Assembly (NCBI GenBank): GCA_037443785.1
Contig: JBBINR010000010.1
Span: forward strand, 23,954-87,953
Length of the DNA: 64,000 bases
Direction of reading: 5' to 3'
Source of the DNA: Ignavibacteriales bacterium
Lineage (GTDB): Bacteria > Bacteroidota > Ignavibacteria > UBA10030 > UBA8401
Shown: one piece after another, positions 1 through 10,485 of the stretch
Position numbering within the stretch: the stretch's first letter is position 1
Layout of the letters: each line of letters opens with the position of its first letter
Translations under genes and position numbers: made by a program
The notes under the pieces: model-generated
Told to the model about the DNA's origin: nothing
The model's database searches: none
The model's input: the letters and a program-made list of their open reading frames with translations, nothing else

Positions 1-243
1 ATAATCAATAACAACAAACAACCACGTCCGCCCTGTCAATGGTTTTTGTTTGTGTTCCCGTAAGAATTTGATCGTCAATATTCCGCTAATCAAGGCGGCA
101 GGAATCGTCATGACAGCTGAAAATTCAAATCCCAAGTAATTAAAAAGAGGAACTTGGGTTAATAGTCCCGCCAAGAGAAAATATAGAATCGCAGCGGTCT
201 GCACTCGTTGGGTTCTGAAATATGCTCCAATAATGCTTGTCAT
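1..243 (-). CDS. hypothetical membrane protein, 5' part only (gene runs off the left window edge)
   Basis: Not in the ORF track. On the reverse strand an ATG at 243-241 opens MTSIIGAYFRTQRVQTAAILYFLLAGLLTQVPLFNYLGFEFSAVMTIPAALISGILTIKFLREHK..., which stays open through position 1. It has two hydrophobic segments. No family recognised. Confidence 0.4.
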   Translation of the reverse strand, partial: MTSIIGAYFRTQRVQTAAILYFLLAGLLTQVPLFNYLGFEFSAVMTIPAALISGILTIKFLREHKQKPLTGRTWLFVVIDY

Positions 244-282
244 ACTTTATGATACTTATTTTTCAAATGAACTTCACGATGA

Positions 283-310
283 AAATAAAAAACCCGTTGA
301 CACGGGTTTT
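283..310 (-). terminator. intrinsic terminator downstream of the phosphorylase gene
   Basis: Hairpin AACCCGT-TGAC-ACGGGTT at 291-308. On the minus strand it is followed by a U-run (A-run 283-290 on plus). It starts about 28 nt after the stop at 338. Confidence 0.6.
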
Positions 311-337
311 TATAGATATTGTAAAATGGAATCTCGC

Positions 338-1669
338 TTAAACTGTAAATTCTCTTACTCCGTTTTTATCGACAATACTGTAAATTAAACGATGGAGATT
401 TGGCTGCTCATGAGAGATTCGAATTGCGTTAGAAATTCTTTGAGAAACAGAGGCGATGGCTGCTTTCGAATCAGTGTCCATCACTGCAAGCACGTCTCCG
501 GATTTTACTTTTTCTCCAACTTTTTTCTTCAGTAAAATTCCCGCTTTGGGATCAATAACATCATCAACCTTCATTCTTCCGGCACCAAGCATGATCCCTG
601 AAAAGCCAATTTCTAAGGGGTCTATCTCGGACACAAAACCACGGCTCTTTGATTTAATTTCAACATGATATTCGGATCGCGGGTATTTTTCTGGATTTTC
701 GAGAAATGTACTGTCACCGCCCTGTTTTTTCACGAGTTCTAAAAATTTTTCATATGCTTTTCCATTTGCAACAACTTCTTTGCATTGTTCAATCCCGTGG
801 TCAATTGAATCCGCCTTTTTCCCGAGCCACACCATCGCACCGCCAAGCACGTATGTCAATTTCATAATGTCGTCAATTTCACGGCCGCGCAAACACTCAA
901 GCGACTCAACAACTTCGTTCCAATTCCCAATCGCATATCCAAGCGGTTCATTCATGTCGGTAATAAACCCAATCGTCTCTTTCCCGAAGCTGTTTCCAAT
1001 TCCAACAAGTGCCTGCGCCAACTCAACTGACTGGTCGTATGTCTGCATAAATGCACCTCTCCCGGTTTTTACATCCAGCACAAGTGCATCAATCCCTTCC
1101 GCAAGTTTTTTGCTCATAATGCTTCCCGCAATTAACGGGATACATTCCACTGTCGCCGTAACGTCACGCAGCGCATACATTTTTTTATCCGCCGGAGCAA
1201 TCTCTTTCGTCTGACCAATCATTACTAAACCAATTTCATCGATAACTTTTTTGTATTCTGCAATTGAAAGGTTTGTTCGAAATCCGGGAATGGATTCTAA
1301 CTTATCGAGCGTTCCGCCGGTATGCCCGAGGCCTCGACCGCTGATCATAGGAACAGGAACACCGCAGGCAGCAACAATCGGTGCCAGCGGGAGGGAAATT
1401 TTATCGCCGACGCCGCCGGTTGAATGTTTATCAACTTTGATTCCTTTCATATGAGAAAGATCGACAATATCTCCGGAATGAAGCATAAGCCGGGTGAATT
1501 CAGCCGTCTCTTCTTTATTCATTCCGCGGAAATATGTCGCCATCAATAACGATGAAATCTGGTAATCAGGAACTTCTCCCTTGACGAATCCATCGATCAT
1601 CAATTTCATTTCTTCCGTGGTGAGTGAACCGCCGTTTCTTTTTTTTCGAATTATTTCAGCCGGATTCAT
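338..1669 (-). CDS. pdp: pyrimidine-nucleoside (thymidine) phosphorylase
   Basis: 443 aa. Has the KHSTGGVGDK phosphate-binding motif, and the overall N-terminal and glycosyltransferase-domain pattern fits the thymidine phosphorylase family. Confidence 0.9.
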   Translation of the reverse strand: MNPAEIIRKKRNGGSLTTEEMKLMIDGFVKGEVPDYQISSLLMATYFRGMNKEETAEFTRLMLHSGDIVDLSHMKGIKVDKHSTGGVGDKISLPLAPIVAACGVPVPMISGRGLGHTGGTLDKLESIPGFRTNLSIAEYKKVIDEIGLVMIGQTKEIAPADKKMYALRDVTATVECIPLIAGSIMSKKLAEGIDALVLDVKTGRGAFMQTYDQSVELAQALVGIGNSFGKETIGFITDMNEPLGYAIGNWNEVVESLECLRGREIDDIMKLTYVLGGAMVWLGKKADSIDHGIEQCKEVVANGKAYEKFLELVKKQGGDSTFLENPEKYPRSEYHVEIKSKSRGFVSEIDPLEIGFSGIMLGAGRMKVDDVIDPKAGILLKKKVGEKVKSGDVLAVMDTDSKAAIASVSQRISNAIRISHEQPNLHRLIYSIVDKNGVREFTV

Positions 1670-2208
1670 TGAACTCCCAATTTTCTTGCAGCGATCATTA
1701 TCCCTGCAATGGTTTTTCCATCGATAATCTCCTCTGCTTCAATCATGCGGAGTGCTTCTTTCAACGATATTCGACGCAATGTCATCGTTGATTCGCCTTC
1801 TTCAAGGGCCTGACCTTTCTCAGATGTATAAACATCCTGTGCAAGGTATATGTGAAGGATTTCGTTGCAAAATCCCGGTGTCGTCATCATAGAAGTAAGT
1901 TTCGTCCACGAATGCGCTGCATACCCGGTTTCTTCCTGCAATTCCCGCTGCGCACAATGAAGCGGATCTTCATTCTGATCTAATTTTCCAGCAGGCAGTT
2001 CAAGCACTTCTTTCCCAAACGGATGGCGGTATTGTTGAACCAAAATTATATCGTGATTTTCGAACATGCACACGACAACCGCGCCGCCGGGATGTTCTAT
2101 AATCTCACGAATTGATGTATTGCCGGAAGAATACTTAACGGTATCGATCGTAAGATCGATAATCTTACCTTGATACTTTTTTTCTCTTTGAAGAATTTTG
2201 AAGTGCAT
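1666..2208 (-). CDS. NUDIX hydrolase, ADP-ribose pyrophosphatase-like
   Basis: 180 aa. Nudix box GKLDQNEDPLHCAQRELQEETGY. ATGA overlap with the downstream pdp gene. Confidence 0.85.
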   Translation of the reverse strand: MHFKILQREKKYQGKIIDLTIDTVKYSSGNTSIREIIEHPGGAVVVCMFENHDIILVQQYRHPFGKEVLELPAGKLDQNEDPLHCAQRELQEETGYAAHSWTKLTSMMTTPGFCNEILHIYLAQDVYTSEKGQALEEGESTMTLRRISLKEALRMIEAEEIIDGKTIAGIMIAARKLGVQ

Positions 2209-3307
2209 GCGCTGATGTGTTGGATGTTACGTGCACAACCTGTTGTGGGAACGGAATTTCTATTCTGTGATTCTTAAATTCATTATACACTTGAACGCGT
2301 AAATTTTCCGACGTAATAAATTGATCTTGAAACGATGCAACACGGCACACTAATCGAAATTGAAGTGCCGAATCTCCCAAACTCATTAAAAATGCTTCGG
2401 GCACGGGTGTTTTCAAAACTTTAGGATGTTTTCGTGCAAGATTGACTAAGAGATGCTTCACCTGATCAACATCAGAACCGTATGCAACACCCACTTCAAC
2501 GATTACCCGAATTTCTCCTGCGGGATAACCATAATTCACCACTTTCGTTTTGATAAGATCATTATTGGGAACAATGATTAAATTGTTGTCGAAATCGAGG
2601 ATCTTAGTGCTCCGTAAACCGATCTCGTAAATATCTCCCGTTTCGCCGGAGGGGATTTTAATCCTGTCGCCGATTCTAAACGGACGATCGAGCATAATGA
2701 TGAAACCTGAAATCATATTGGAAATTGTATCTTGAGCGGCAAGCCCAAGAGCAAGAGAACCAGCACCAAGAAGCGTGATAATACTGCTGATATTTTGTCC
2801 AAAATGATCGAGCACGACAATTGCCGCCATGGTGAACGCAATAAATGTAGCAATTCGATTTGCCAGCGGGGTTAACGAATGAGTATCGGTTTCATTTTTT
2901 GCTGCAACGTTCCGCAGTCCGTACGTAATAAGAAGCTTTAAAATTTTTGAAAGAACAGAAGTAACAATAATTGCGGCAACGAAGTAAAGGGCATTGTGTG
3001 AATACTCGATGAGTTTCAGAATTCCAGTATGCTCGGGAAATAATCCCTTTTCTAGTTCTGCAAGGCCAAAAGATAGACCAATAACACCGGCAAGTGCAAT
3101 AATGCGCTCAAGAATAATCTCAAGAATCTTGTCGTCGAGATCACTTTCTGTTTTTGAGATGAGTTTACGGCCGACAGTATTAAGAAAAAACTTTACAATC
3201 TTTCCGCCAATAAGGAAAGTTATAACAGTAACGATACCGACAAAAAGATGAAAGATAATTTGATTGCCGCCAAAAAAAGGGAGCAAATTTTTAAAAAGAA
3301 TTTCCAT
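2165..3307 (-). CDS. MscS-family mechanosensitive ion channel
   Basis: 380 aa. N-terminal TM helices followed by the conserved MscS core ISNMISGFIIMLDRPFRIGDRIKI. Confidence 0.85.
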   Translation of the reverse strand: MEILFKNLLPFFGGNQIIFHLFVGIVTVITFLIGGKIVKFFLNTVGRKLISKTESDLDDKILEIILERIIALAGVIGLSFGLAELEKGLFPEHTGILKLIEYSHNALYFVAAIIVTSVLSKILKLLITYGLRNVAAKNETDTHSLTPLANRIATFIAFTMAAIVVLDHFGQNISSIITLLGAGSLALGLAAQDTISNMISGFIIMLDRPFRIGDRIKIPSGETGDIYEIGLRSTKILDFDNNLIIVPNNDLIKTKVVNYGYPAGEIRVIVEVGVAYGSDVDQVKHLLVNLARKHPKVLKTPVPEAFLMSLGDSALQFRLVCRVASFQDQFITSENLRVQVYNEFKNHRIEIPFPQQVVHVTSNTSAHALQNSSKRKKVSR

Positions 3308-3322
3308 TACGATATGATGATA

Positions 3323-3907
3323 TTATTGATGAAGTGCCCTGCTGCCCGGTTTAGAAATTGGAATTGCAGCCAGTGAATCAGGAATTTCGGATTCACGATA
3401 TGTTTGAACTTCCATTTCGATCGCCGAATAAAATTTTGCATCGAATTTTGCCTTGCCGTTGCTCCGATCAACGATACAGCCGACTCCGACCAATTTTGCT
3501 TCAGAAGCAGCAACAAGCTTTATAATTTCATCCACCGAACCGCCGGTCGTCACGACGTCTTCCACAACGAGAACTCTTTCCCCTTTTTTAATATCAAACC
3601 CTCTCCGTAATTTCATGGCCCCTTCTTCGCGCTCAGCAAATATTGTACGTGTACCAAGTATTCGCCCTACCTCCGTTCCCACAACAATTCCACCAACCGC
3701 AGGAGAAATGACCAATTCCACTTCGCTGTATTCATAGTGCTTGGCAATATCGCCGGCAAGCAAATGCAAATATTTTGGATATTGCAGCACTCGCGCGCAC
3801 TGGAAATAGTGCGGACTGTGCAATCCGGAAGTGAGAACAAAGTGTCCTTCAAGAAGTGCATTGGTCTCTTTAAATATCTCGAGAATCTGGTCTTTGGGTA
3901 TTTTCAT
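3323..3907 (-). CDS. pyrE: orotate phosphoribosyltransferase
   Basis: 194 aa. PRPP-binding motif RVLVVEDVVTTGGS. The N-terminus LLEGHFVLTSGLHS is typical of PyrE. Confidence 0.85.
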   Translation of the reverse strand: MKIPKDQILEIFKETNALLEGHFVLTSGLHSPHYFQCARVLQYPKYLHLLAGDIAKHYEYSEVELVISPAVGGIVVGTEVGRILGTRTIFAEREEGAMKLRRGFDIKKGERVLVVEDVVTTGGSVDEIIKLVAASEAKLVGVGCIVDRSNGKAKFDAKFYSAIEMEVQTYRESEIPDSLAAIPISKPGSRALHQ

Positions 3908-3979
3908 AAGTTATCTTAAGTGATTACTAAAAATAGTTCTTGTATTATTTTCTCGTCCAATACCATCGCATATGTTCTC

Positions 3980-6900
3980 TCAGTGATACGGGAAAGGCCG
4001 TTCCGGAATAATTGAGAGCTTTAGAAGCTTTGTTCCGTATGTTCCCATATCAATATACGCCACATATATTCCTGCCGCAACTAACCATCCCGATTCATTT
4101 AAGAGATCCCATTCAAGAAACTGTGAGTCGTTATCTTTTATCAATTTACGAACTCGAACTCCTCCTAAGTTGACGATGCTAATTGTTGCTTGCCGCGGCA
4201 AATGAGTAAATGTAACATGTTGAGATGCACTGCGGAGTTCACCTTCATTAAATCCAAAATACGGATTAGGGAACACATTGATTTTAGCGACATCTGTCTT
4301 CGCCAGTTCTGCACTAAATTTTGGCGCGGTGGCGGTAAATGAAAATACATCATTCACTCCGTTGGGTTTCGTCGAAAGAATACGAATAACATTTCCGGTC
4401 GCTGGCATCATTGAATTAACATTTGCAGGAAATAACGGATCAGATATTGAACCACCGTTCAAATTTACCAAAACCATCCGAGCCATCACTTCAGCACCAG
4501 TGCCTTGGGTTCCATCATATCCAGCACCCGCAGCAACAAACGCATCATATCCTGCAGTGCCTGGTGTTTTAGGATTCGGCTCCATCCAATAAATCCAGTC
4601 TGTGTAGGGATCATTATCACTGCCAGAAAGCGGATGGTCTGCCTTTTGAAGGCCGAATTTACCGTCTCCATCCGCATCATTAACCCACGGAATCATTCGA
4701 AAATCATCCGATGGATCGTTCGGCGTATTTATTCCGATATTCCACAATTCAAAAGGAACATTTATGATTGCCCCTGTTGTTAACGCAAGATATGCTTTTC
4801 CTCCGGCAGGAGTAAATCGCATTTCAAAATCATAAGGAACAAATCGCGAAAAGTTAGTGCCTCTAAACACCCGCGATTTGAATGTAGCATAGGAACCATC
4901 AACTCCACCGCCTTGGTTGATTCCCCATGTTCCACCACCCCAGTCAGCTTTAGAATTACCCTGCCATGATGGATCAGGAAATTTTAATCCGTTAATTGCG
5001 GACCAAGCAGCATACGAAGGAGGGGTGATCGGTCCTGACAGATTTGAAACGTGCTGGAAATCCTTTGCATCCTTTGACGGACCAAATGCATCGATTTGAA
5101 ATCCGTTAATTATATACGACGATTGATTAGTCCCAGCAGGAAATTGGTATTGGCCGGAGATCAAAATTTTATTTACTGTTGCATCAGTCAATTTCCATGT
5201 TGCACTATCTCCGGTTGTATCAAACCCAATTTGATAGCTGTGACCATCAAGAATAGTCGGATCAACGACACGAGCAACTACTGAACCATCGCTTCCTCCC
5301 GTATGAGTTATCGCCATGAGATCTCCGACTTTAAATGAATATGTAACTCCGGGTTTGGGCGATTGAGGAACAACTTCAATGACAACAGGAGTACTTTCTA
5401 AAGTTTTCGGAAAGCCGTCCGGTGGATTTGGGATATAATTATACGCAGTTACAGCGAAGTAATATTTTTTACCGTTGACGAGACGATTACCTGTAAGTGA
5501 ATCACGTGTTATATCAAGACTTCGAACAATCCCGTTATCACTTCCAAAGACAACGGTTTTATAGATAAAATCACTGGTCGATTCATCGAGAACCCAGTCT
5601 TTGATATTCAGAATTCCATCTTTAAGATCGTATGTTGCAAATAATTTTTCATTCAAAAATTCTCTTCCGGGTAACTGATATATTTTATACCCTTGAAATG
5701 TATAACCATTCTCATGTTGTGATTCGGTTTTACGGACAGATTCAGGCTCACCCCAATTGAGAATAATTTCATTGTCAAGTTCAGCTGTCTTTACAATCGG
5801 CGCCGCGGGGGGAGTTGGCAAATCAAAATTATTATTAAATGTACTTTGGATTAAAGTATCATAACGTTTTAAAACTGTCACGCTGCTTAACCAATCGCTG
5901 CCAAGACCGGTTATACCAGCGAAAATTATTTCCTGCGTGTCACTATTTGCCATGGTAAAAGGACCTGAGCATATTACAAATCGGCGATCACCAGGCGGTT
6001 CCATAGAGCCATCTATCCAACCCGTTTTAGAAACAGGATCACCGGGAAAGGCGTATTTCATCTCTTTGTTTGTTGTAGGGTCAATAATTTTGCCGCCAGT
6101 TCGCGCAAGTAAACCTCTCATGAGACTATACCATTCCAAAAGTGCCCGTGGATCATTAATCCGTGGATCTTCGTACGGCGTATGTGTCTTTAAAATTAGA
6201 GGAAAGGCGGTCATTCCAATATTTTTTTTCCCGGAATAATATCGTCCTTTATATCTTCCGGAATCGCTTGGCAATCCCGGGACGAGAGGCCCTTGAAGCA
6301 AATCAAAACCCGTTGACGGTGGTTTTGTCCCAAAAAAACCATCATTACTATCACCATTATAAACAAACCCTAAATTTAATAATGTATCACATCCAACAAA
6401 ATCATCCTTATAACCAAGTCCACCACCCAAATCAGGGTCAACCCATTGAGCGACATACATACTGTCAATGCTGTATCCGCTTTTATTTATGATAATATTT
6501 TTTTGAAAAATTGTATTTCCTATGACTCCATTTCTACGATACGCCCAAATAGTGCGTTGGAACTCAACGCCAATTGGATCTCCTCCTGCCAGATAAAACG
6601 TTCGCGAAGAATCGAGGTCATTTGCGACATACCAAATCGTTTGGTCGGCACCAGGAATACCGGGGATATCTACGGCTGGATCGTATTGCCCATTCCCATC
6701 TTTATCATCAAATGGCGCACCGTCCGCGGCAGGCCATTCATTCCAATCTAAAACATATTTATCATATAACTGCTTTGCAGTATAATTTTCATATTTCTTA
6801 TATGCTGCAACATCTTGCTCAACTAACATCGATTCCATGCCGGCATTGAAAGGATTGCCGGGCCCAACATCCGGACGAACTTTATAGATACGATTGTTTT

Positions 6901-7318
6901 TCTTTAAAGGGTCATCAGCGACAGGCGGAGTCGCAGAAGTTCCTGCTGTAAGTATCTTTCCCGCTTCCAATCCATGGGTATAGTATGATCCGCCGATCCT
7001 GATTTTATCATCTTTTCGGTGTATTCCTCCCCAAAGAAATCCTTCCTCAAAAACTGAAATACCTCGATTGGAATTTAATAATTCAAAACCCCCGTCGCCG
7101 GTAAACGGATTTAATGAACCGTCGCCGTTATTTGTGTAGTAAGAAAAGATGTTATTAATCGTCATCGCGGTATACGTATCGTTTATCGATACCTTTCGCA
7201 GTATCGGTTTATTCTCTTGTAATGCTTCTATCGGTTTGCCGCCATACACTAGCTGATAAAAAGTAATGGCAAAAAAGAAGATTGTTCTATAAGCAATTTT
7301 TACGCCGGTAAATTGCAT
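3980..7318 (-). CDS. large secreted protein with T9SS C-terminal sorting domain (paralogue A)
   Basis: ORF-track start 7366 trimmed to ATG 7318, which has GGAG 8 nt upstream and opens a signal-like MQFTGVKIAYRTIFFFAITFYQLVYG. The C-terminal ~90 aa fit the T9SS CTD pattern (INVFPNPYFGF...ATISIVNLGGVRVRKL...WDLLNESG...AAGIYVAYIDMG...KLLKLSII). By-eye alignment shows strong similarity to 12507..15860 except in a central cassette. Confidence 0.75.
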   Translation of the reverse strand: MQFTGVKIAYRTIFFFAITFYQLVYGGKPIEALQENKPILRKVSINDTYTAMTINNIFSYYTNNGDGSLNPFTGDGGFELLNSNRGISVFEEGFLWGGIHRKDDKIRIGGSYYTHGLEAGKILTAGTSATPPVADDPLKKNNRIYKVRPDVGPGNPFNAGMESMLVEQDVAAYKKYENYTAKQLYDKYVLDWNEWPAADGAPFDDKDGNGQYDPAVDIPGIPGADQTIWYVANDLDSSRTFYLAGGDPIGVEFQRTIWAYRRNGVIGNTIFQKNIIINKSGYSIDSMYVAQWVDPDLGGGLGYKDDFVGCDTLLNLGFVYNGDSNDGFFGTKPPSTGFDLLQGPLVPGLPSDSGRYKGRYYSGKKNIGMTAFPLILKTHTPYEDPRINDPRALLEWYSLMRGLLARTGGKIIDPTTNKEMKYAFPGDPVSKTGWIDGSMEPPGDRRFVICSGPFTMANSDTQEIIFAGITGLGSDWLSSVTVLKRYDTLIQSTFNNNFDLPTPPAAPIVKTAELDNEIILNWGEPESVRKTESQHENGYTFQGYKIYQLPGREFLNEKLFATYDLKDGILNIKDWVLDESTSDFIYKTVVFGSDNGIVRSLDITRDSLTGNRLVNGKKYYFAVTAYNYIPNPPDGFPKTLESTPVVIEVVPQSPKPGVTYSFKVGDLMAITHTGGSDGSVVARVVDPTILDGHSYQIGFDTTGDSATWKLTDATVNKILISGQYQFPAGTNQSSYIINGFQIDAFGPSKDAKDFQHVSNLSGPITPPSYAAWSAINGLKFPDPSWQGNSKADWGGGTWGINQGGGVDGSYATFKSRVFRGTNFSRFVPYDFEMRFTPAGGKAYLALTTGAIINVPFELWNIGINTPNDPSDDFRMIPWVNDADGDGKFGLQKADHPLSGSDNDPYTDWIYWMEPNPKTPGTAGYDAFVAAGAGYDGTQGTGAEVMARMVLVNLNGGSISDPLFPANVNSMMPATGNVIRILSTKPNGVNDVFSFTATAPKFSAELAKTDVAKINVFPNPYFGFNEGELRSASQHVTFTHLPRQATISIVNLGGVRVRKLIKDNDSQFLEWDLLNESGWLVAAGIYVAYIDMGTYGTKLLKLSIIPERPFPYH

Positions 7319-7384
7319 AGTTAATTCTCCAATTATTTTTAGATCCGATGGTTTAACAATTTTCAATAGATAAAATATTGCCGG

Positions 7385-7711
7385 TTACCACTCGTCTTCT
7401 AATTCTTCTAACTCCTCGCGCATTTCTTTTTCTTCTTTGGTTTCCCCCTGTGCAACGGCTTGATCGATACCGCTGCGGTAAGCCTTTTTGGCTTCTGGAG
7501 TCTGATTCAGTTTTCCGCAAAGAATTCCAAGCTGATGATAGGCCGGAATATATTTTTCATCTCGTTGAATCAGGTCTTTGAGAATGTCAATTGCTTCTGC
7601 GGGATTGTTTGTCCCGACATATTCCAATGCAAGTGCATATCGCGTAAAGGAATCGTTCGGATCCTTGGACAGCATTTCTTGCAACTTTTGGATGCGTTGT
7701 TCGCTCGCCAT
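7385..7711 (-). CDS. small TPR-repeat protein
   Basis: 108 aa. Two to three TPR-like units (YALALEYVGTNNPAEAIDILKDLI, AYHQLGILCGKLNQTPEAKKAYRSGI) and an acidic C-terminal tail. Confidence 0.6.
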   Translation of the reverse strand: MASEQRIQKLQEMLSKDPNDSFTRYALALEYVGTNNPAEAIDILKDLIQRDEKYIPAYHQLGILCGKLNQTPEAKKAYRSGIDQAVAQGETKEEKEMREELEELEDEW

Positions 7712-7722
7712 AAAGTTCCTTC

Positions 7723-8001
7723 TTATTTCAATTGATTAATTTGTGATGCTAACGTAAAATCATTTTCTGTTAATCCACCGGCACTGTGTGTTGAAAGTGT
7801 CAGCGTGACTTTGTTCCATCGAATGTCGATATCCGGATGATGATCCATTTTTTCCGCCAACAAAGCAACCGATTGAACAAATCCCATGGCCCGGACAAAA
7901 TCTTTTTTTATGAATGTCCGTACTATAGCATTCCCTTCCCGCGTCCATCTGCGGATGGCCTTCATTTTTACGGCAATTTGTTTTTCATTAAGCATATTCA
8001 T
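7723..8001 (-). CDS. 4a-hydroxytetrahydrobiopterin (pterin-4-alpha-carbinolamine) dehydratase
   Basis: 92 aa. Conserved core F..A..FV..VA..AE...HHPDI...WN.V...L.TH fits the PCD/DCoH family. Confidence 0.8.
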   Translation of the reverse strand: MNMLNEKQIAVKMKAIRRWTREGNAIVRTFIKKDFVRAMGFVQSVALLAEKMDHHPDIDIRWNKVTLTLSTHSAGGLTENDFTLASQINQLK

Positions 8002-8019
8002 GGACTGTCCGTAAATATA

Positions 8020-9051
8020 CTAATAACTCATCGAATCTAAACGTACTTTTCCTCTAAAAATCCAATAAATACTGATGGTATACGCTAAAACAAAAGGAAT
8101 CCCTATGATCGCGACGTTCAACATAATGGAGAGTGTTTTGGGAGAAGACGCAGCGTTATAAATTGTCAGATGGTCGTGAGGCGAGAAATTCGACATGACA
8201 AGATTCGGAAACATTCCGATGGCAAACAACGCCATTAATGACACAATGCTCGCACACGACGATACAAATGCGAAAAATTCTCTCTTGTGATGAATCTCTC
8301 TGGGAATATTTGCAACCGCAAGCATTCCTCCTACGGCAACAACAAAAAATGCAGGATGCTCTTTAAATGGCTGAGCCATGTGCGGCATATACAACAATGT
8401 TGCCATTGTTGTCGTAAAGTATGCGATGACAAAGAAGATAATTGAATTATTCACCCATCCGCGAATTTTTTCCTGCATTGCACCTTCGGTTTTCATCATG
8501 GCATAAATTGATCCATGCATCATGAACAACGATACCGTTGTGATACCAACCAAAATGGCGTACGGATTTAATAACTGTACAAATGAAATAGAAAAATCTT
8601 TACTCGCCCCGACCGGAACGCCCACGACACTATTTCCTAATGTTATACCCATGAGCAGCGAAATAAAAATGCTCGAAATACTGAATGCATTATCCCACAT
8701 TTGCCTCCACCATTTCATCGGCTGCTTACTGCGAAACTCGATCGCGACTGCGCGAAAGATCAAAACCGCAAGCAACAGCATAACTGCAGAATAATATCCC
8801 GAAAAAACCGTCGCATAGACATCGGGAAACGCGGCAAATAACGCGCCGCCGCCCGTAACAAGCCACACTTCATTTCCATCCCACACTGGGCCAATCGAAT
8901 TAATCATAATTCTGCGTTCTTCATCTGTCGATGTGAACAGATGCAGCGATCCCACACCAAGGTCAAAACCATCGAGAAGAGCATAACCGGTTAGCAGCAT
9001 ACCGATAAGAACAAACCAAATAAAATTAAGATCAAGACCTGTGAAATCCAT
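8020..9051 (-). CDS. cydB: cytochrome bd ubiquinol oxidase subunit II
   Basis: 343 aa polytopic protein. The N-terminus LNFIWFVLIGMLLTGYALLDGFDLGVG is typical of CydB. It lies 5 nt downstream of cydA. Confidence 0.9.
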   Translation of the reverse strand: MDFTGLDLNFIWFVLIGMLLTGYALLDGFDLGVGSLHLFTSTDEERRIMINSIGPVWDGNEVWLVTGGGALFAAFPDVYATVFSGYYSAVMLLLAVLIFRAVAIEFRSKQPMKWWRQMWDNAFSISSIFISLLMGITLGNSVVGVPVGASKDFSISFVQLLNPYAILVGITTVSLFMMHGSIYAMMKTEGAMQEKIRGWVNNSIIFFVIAYFTTTMATLLYMPHMAQPFKEHPAFFVVAVGGMLAVANIPREIHHKREFFAFVSSCASIVSLMALFAIGMFPNLVMSNFSPHDHLTIYNAASSPKTLSIMLNVAIIGIPFVLAYTISIYWIFRGKVRLDSMSY

Positions 9052-9056
9052 TTGCG

Positions 9057-10433
9057 CTATGCCGTAAAAATTTGTTTTTGATGTTCATACTCGGAGGGAA
9101 TATCAGAACTTTCTTCGGGACCATGCTTTATCTTTTGATCTAACAGAAAAATGAAAAGGATAAACAATAAAGAGTAAATTATTGTAAACAGAATAAGCGA
9201 GAACCACACCTGATTTGCAGCAATCGATTTTGATAATGCTTCCGATGTCCTCAATAGATTATAAACAATCCACGGCTGCCGGCCAATCTCCGCAGAAAAC
9301 CATCCTGCTTGATTTGCGATTTGCGGCAAAAGAACTGAAGCGATAAAAACTTTCAACATGATCGCGTTAGAGAATAATTTCTCTTTCCACCAGAGATACA
9401 GGGAAATCAAACTGATCGCAATCAGAATCATTCCAATTCCAACCATGAGGTGATACAATTGAAAAACAACATTTACCGGGGGCCGATCTTCTTTTGGGAA
9501 TGCATTCAAACCGGTAATTGGCGAGCTAAAATTTCCGTGAACAAGAAATGAAAGCATTTTAGGAACAGCAATTCCGAATTGAACTTTTTGTTCCTGTTCA
9601 TTCACCCATCCGAACACATAGAACGGTGCAACAGACGATGAATCAAAGTGTGCTTCAAAAGCGGCAAGTTTTGTTGGCTGCTGATGACTAACCCCCACGG
9701 CACTTCGTTCACCGGTGAACAATTGGGAGAACGAGGCAAAAATCATCAAACCTAAGGCAATTTTAATCGATGCTTTTGCAAATTCCTCGTGGCGCCTTTT
9801 GAGAAGATAATATGCGCCGACACTTAACACCAATGTTGACCCGGCCAGCCACGATGCACTTAACGTATGCAGCAGCCGCACAACTGACGATGGATTAAAA
9901 ACCATGCCCCAAAAATCGGTGATTTCTGCGCGGGCGGCCAATCCTTTGCCAACAATGTGAAATCCCGAGGGAGTCTGCATCCACGAATTTGCAACGACAA
10001 TCCATACCGCACTGAGCATCGATCCAAGCGATACCATGCAGGTAGAAAAGAAATGGATTTTTGGTGATACTTTATTCCACCCGAAAACAAGAATCGCGAG
10101 AAAACCTGATTCAAGAAAAAAAGCAAAAATCCCCTCTGCCGCTAAGGCACTACCGAACACATCACCGACATATCGTGAATACGTTGCCCAGTTGGTTCCA
10201 AATTCGAATTCCATCACAATACCGGTCGCCACACCCATGGCAAATGTTAACGCAAAGATCTTCACCCAGAATTTAGTCATTCTTTCGTACAGTGGATTTT
10301 TTGTATGAAGGAACATTCCCTCCATCAACACCAACACAGCACCAATGCCAATACTTAAAGGCGGATAGATGTAATGGAACGCGATGGTAAAAGCGAATTG
10401 TATTCGGGAGAGAATTTCTACAGACATGGGCAC
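9057..10433 (-). CDS. cydA: cytochrome bd ubiquinol oxidase subunit I
   Basis: 458 aa. Motifs [38 protein letters not shown] and AEIGRQPW are characteristic of CydA. Confidence 0.9.
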   Translation of the reverse strand: MPMSVEILSRIQFAFTIAFHYIYPPLSIGIGAVLVLMEGMFLHTKNPLYERMTKFWVKIFALTFAMGVATGIVMEFEFGTNWATYSRYVGDVFGSALAAEGIFAFFLESGFLAILVFGWNKVSPKIHFFSTCMVSLGSMLSAVWIVVANSWMQTPSGFHIVGKGLAARAEITDFWGMVFNPSSVVRLLHTLSASWLAGSTLVLSVGAYYLLKRRHEEFAKASIKIALGLMIFASFSQLFTGERSAVGVSHQQPTKLAAFEAHFDSSSVAPFYVFGWVNEQEQKVQFGIAVPKMLSFLVHGNFSSPITGLNAFPKEDRPPVNVVFQLYHLMVGIGMILIAISLISLYLWWKEKLFSNAIMLKVFIASVLLPQIANQAGWFSAEIGRQPWIVYNLLRTSEALSKSIAANQVWFSLILFTIIYSLLFILFIFLLDQKIKHGPEESSDIPSEYEHQKQIFTA

Positions 10434-10485
10434 ATGTTATTGATACAAACAATATAAAAAAGATTTGGACGGCATGCCAGATTGC

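Noticed and set aside
3307-3516. 69-aa minus-strand ORF bridging pyrE and the MscS gene
   Set aside because: It is out of frame within the 3' end of pyrE, so it is spurious.
10455-10475. CGGCATGCC palindrome upstream of cydA, also present at about 20330-20340
   Set aside because: An 8-9-nt palindrome occurring twice in 64 kb is compatible with chance, and there is no shared flanking context.
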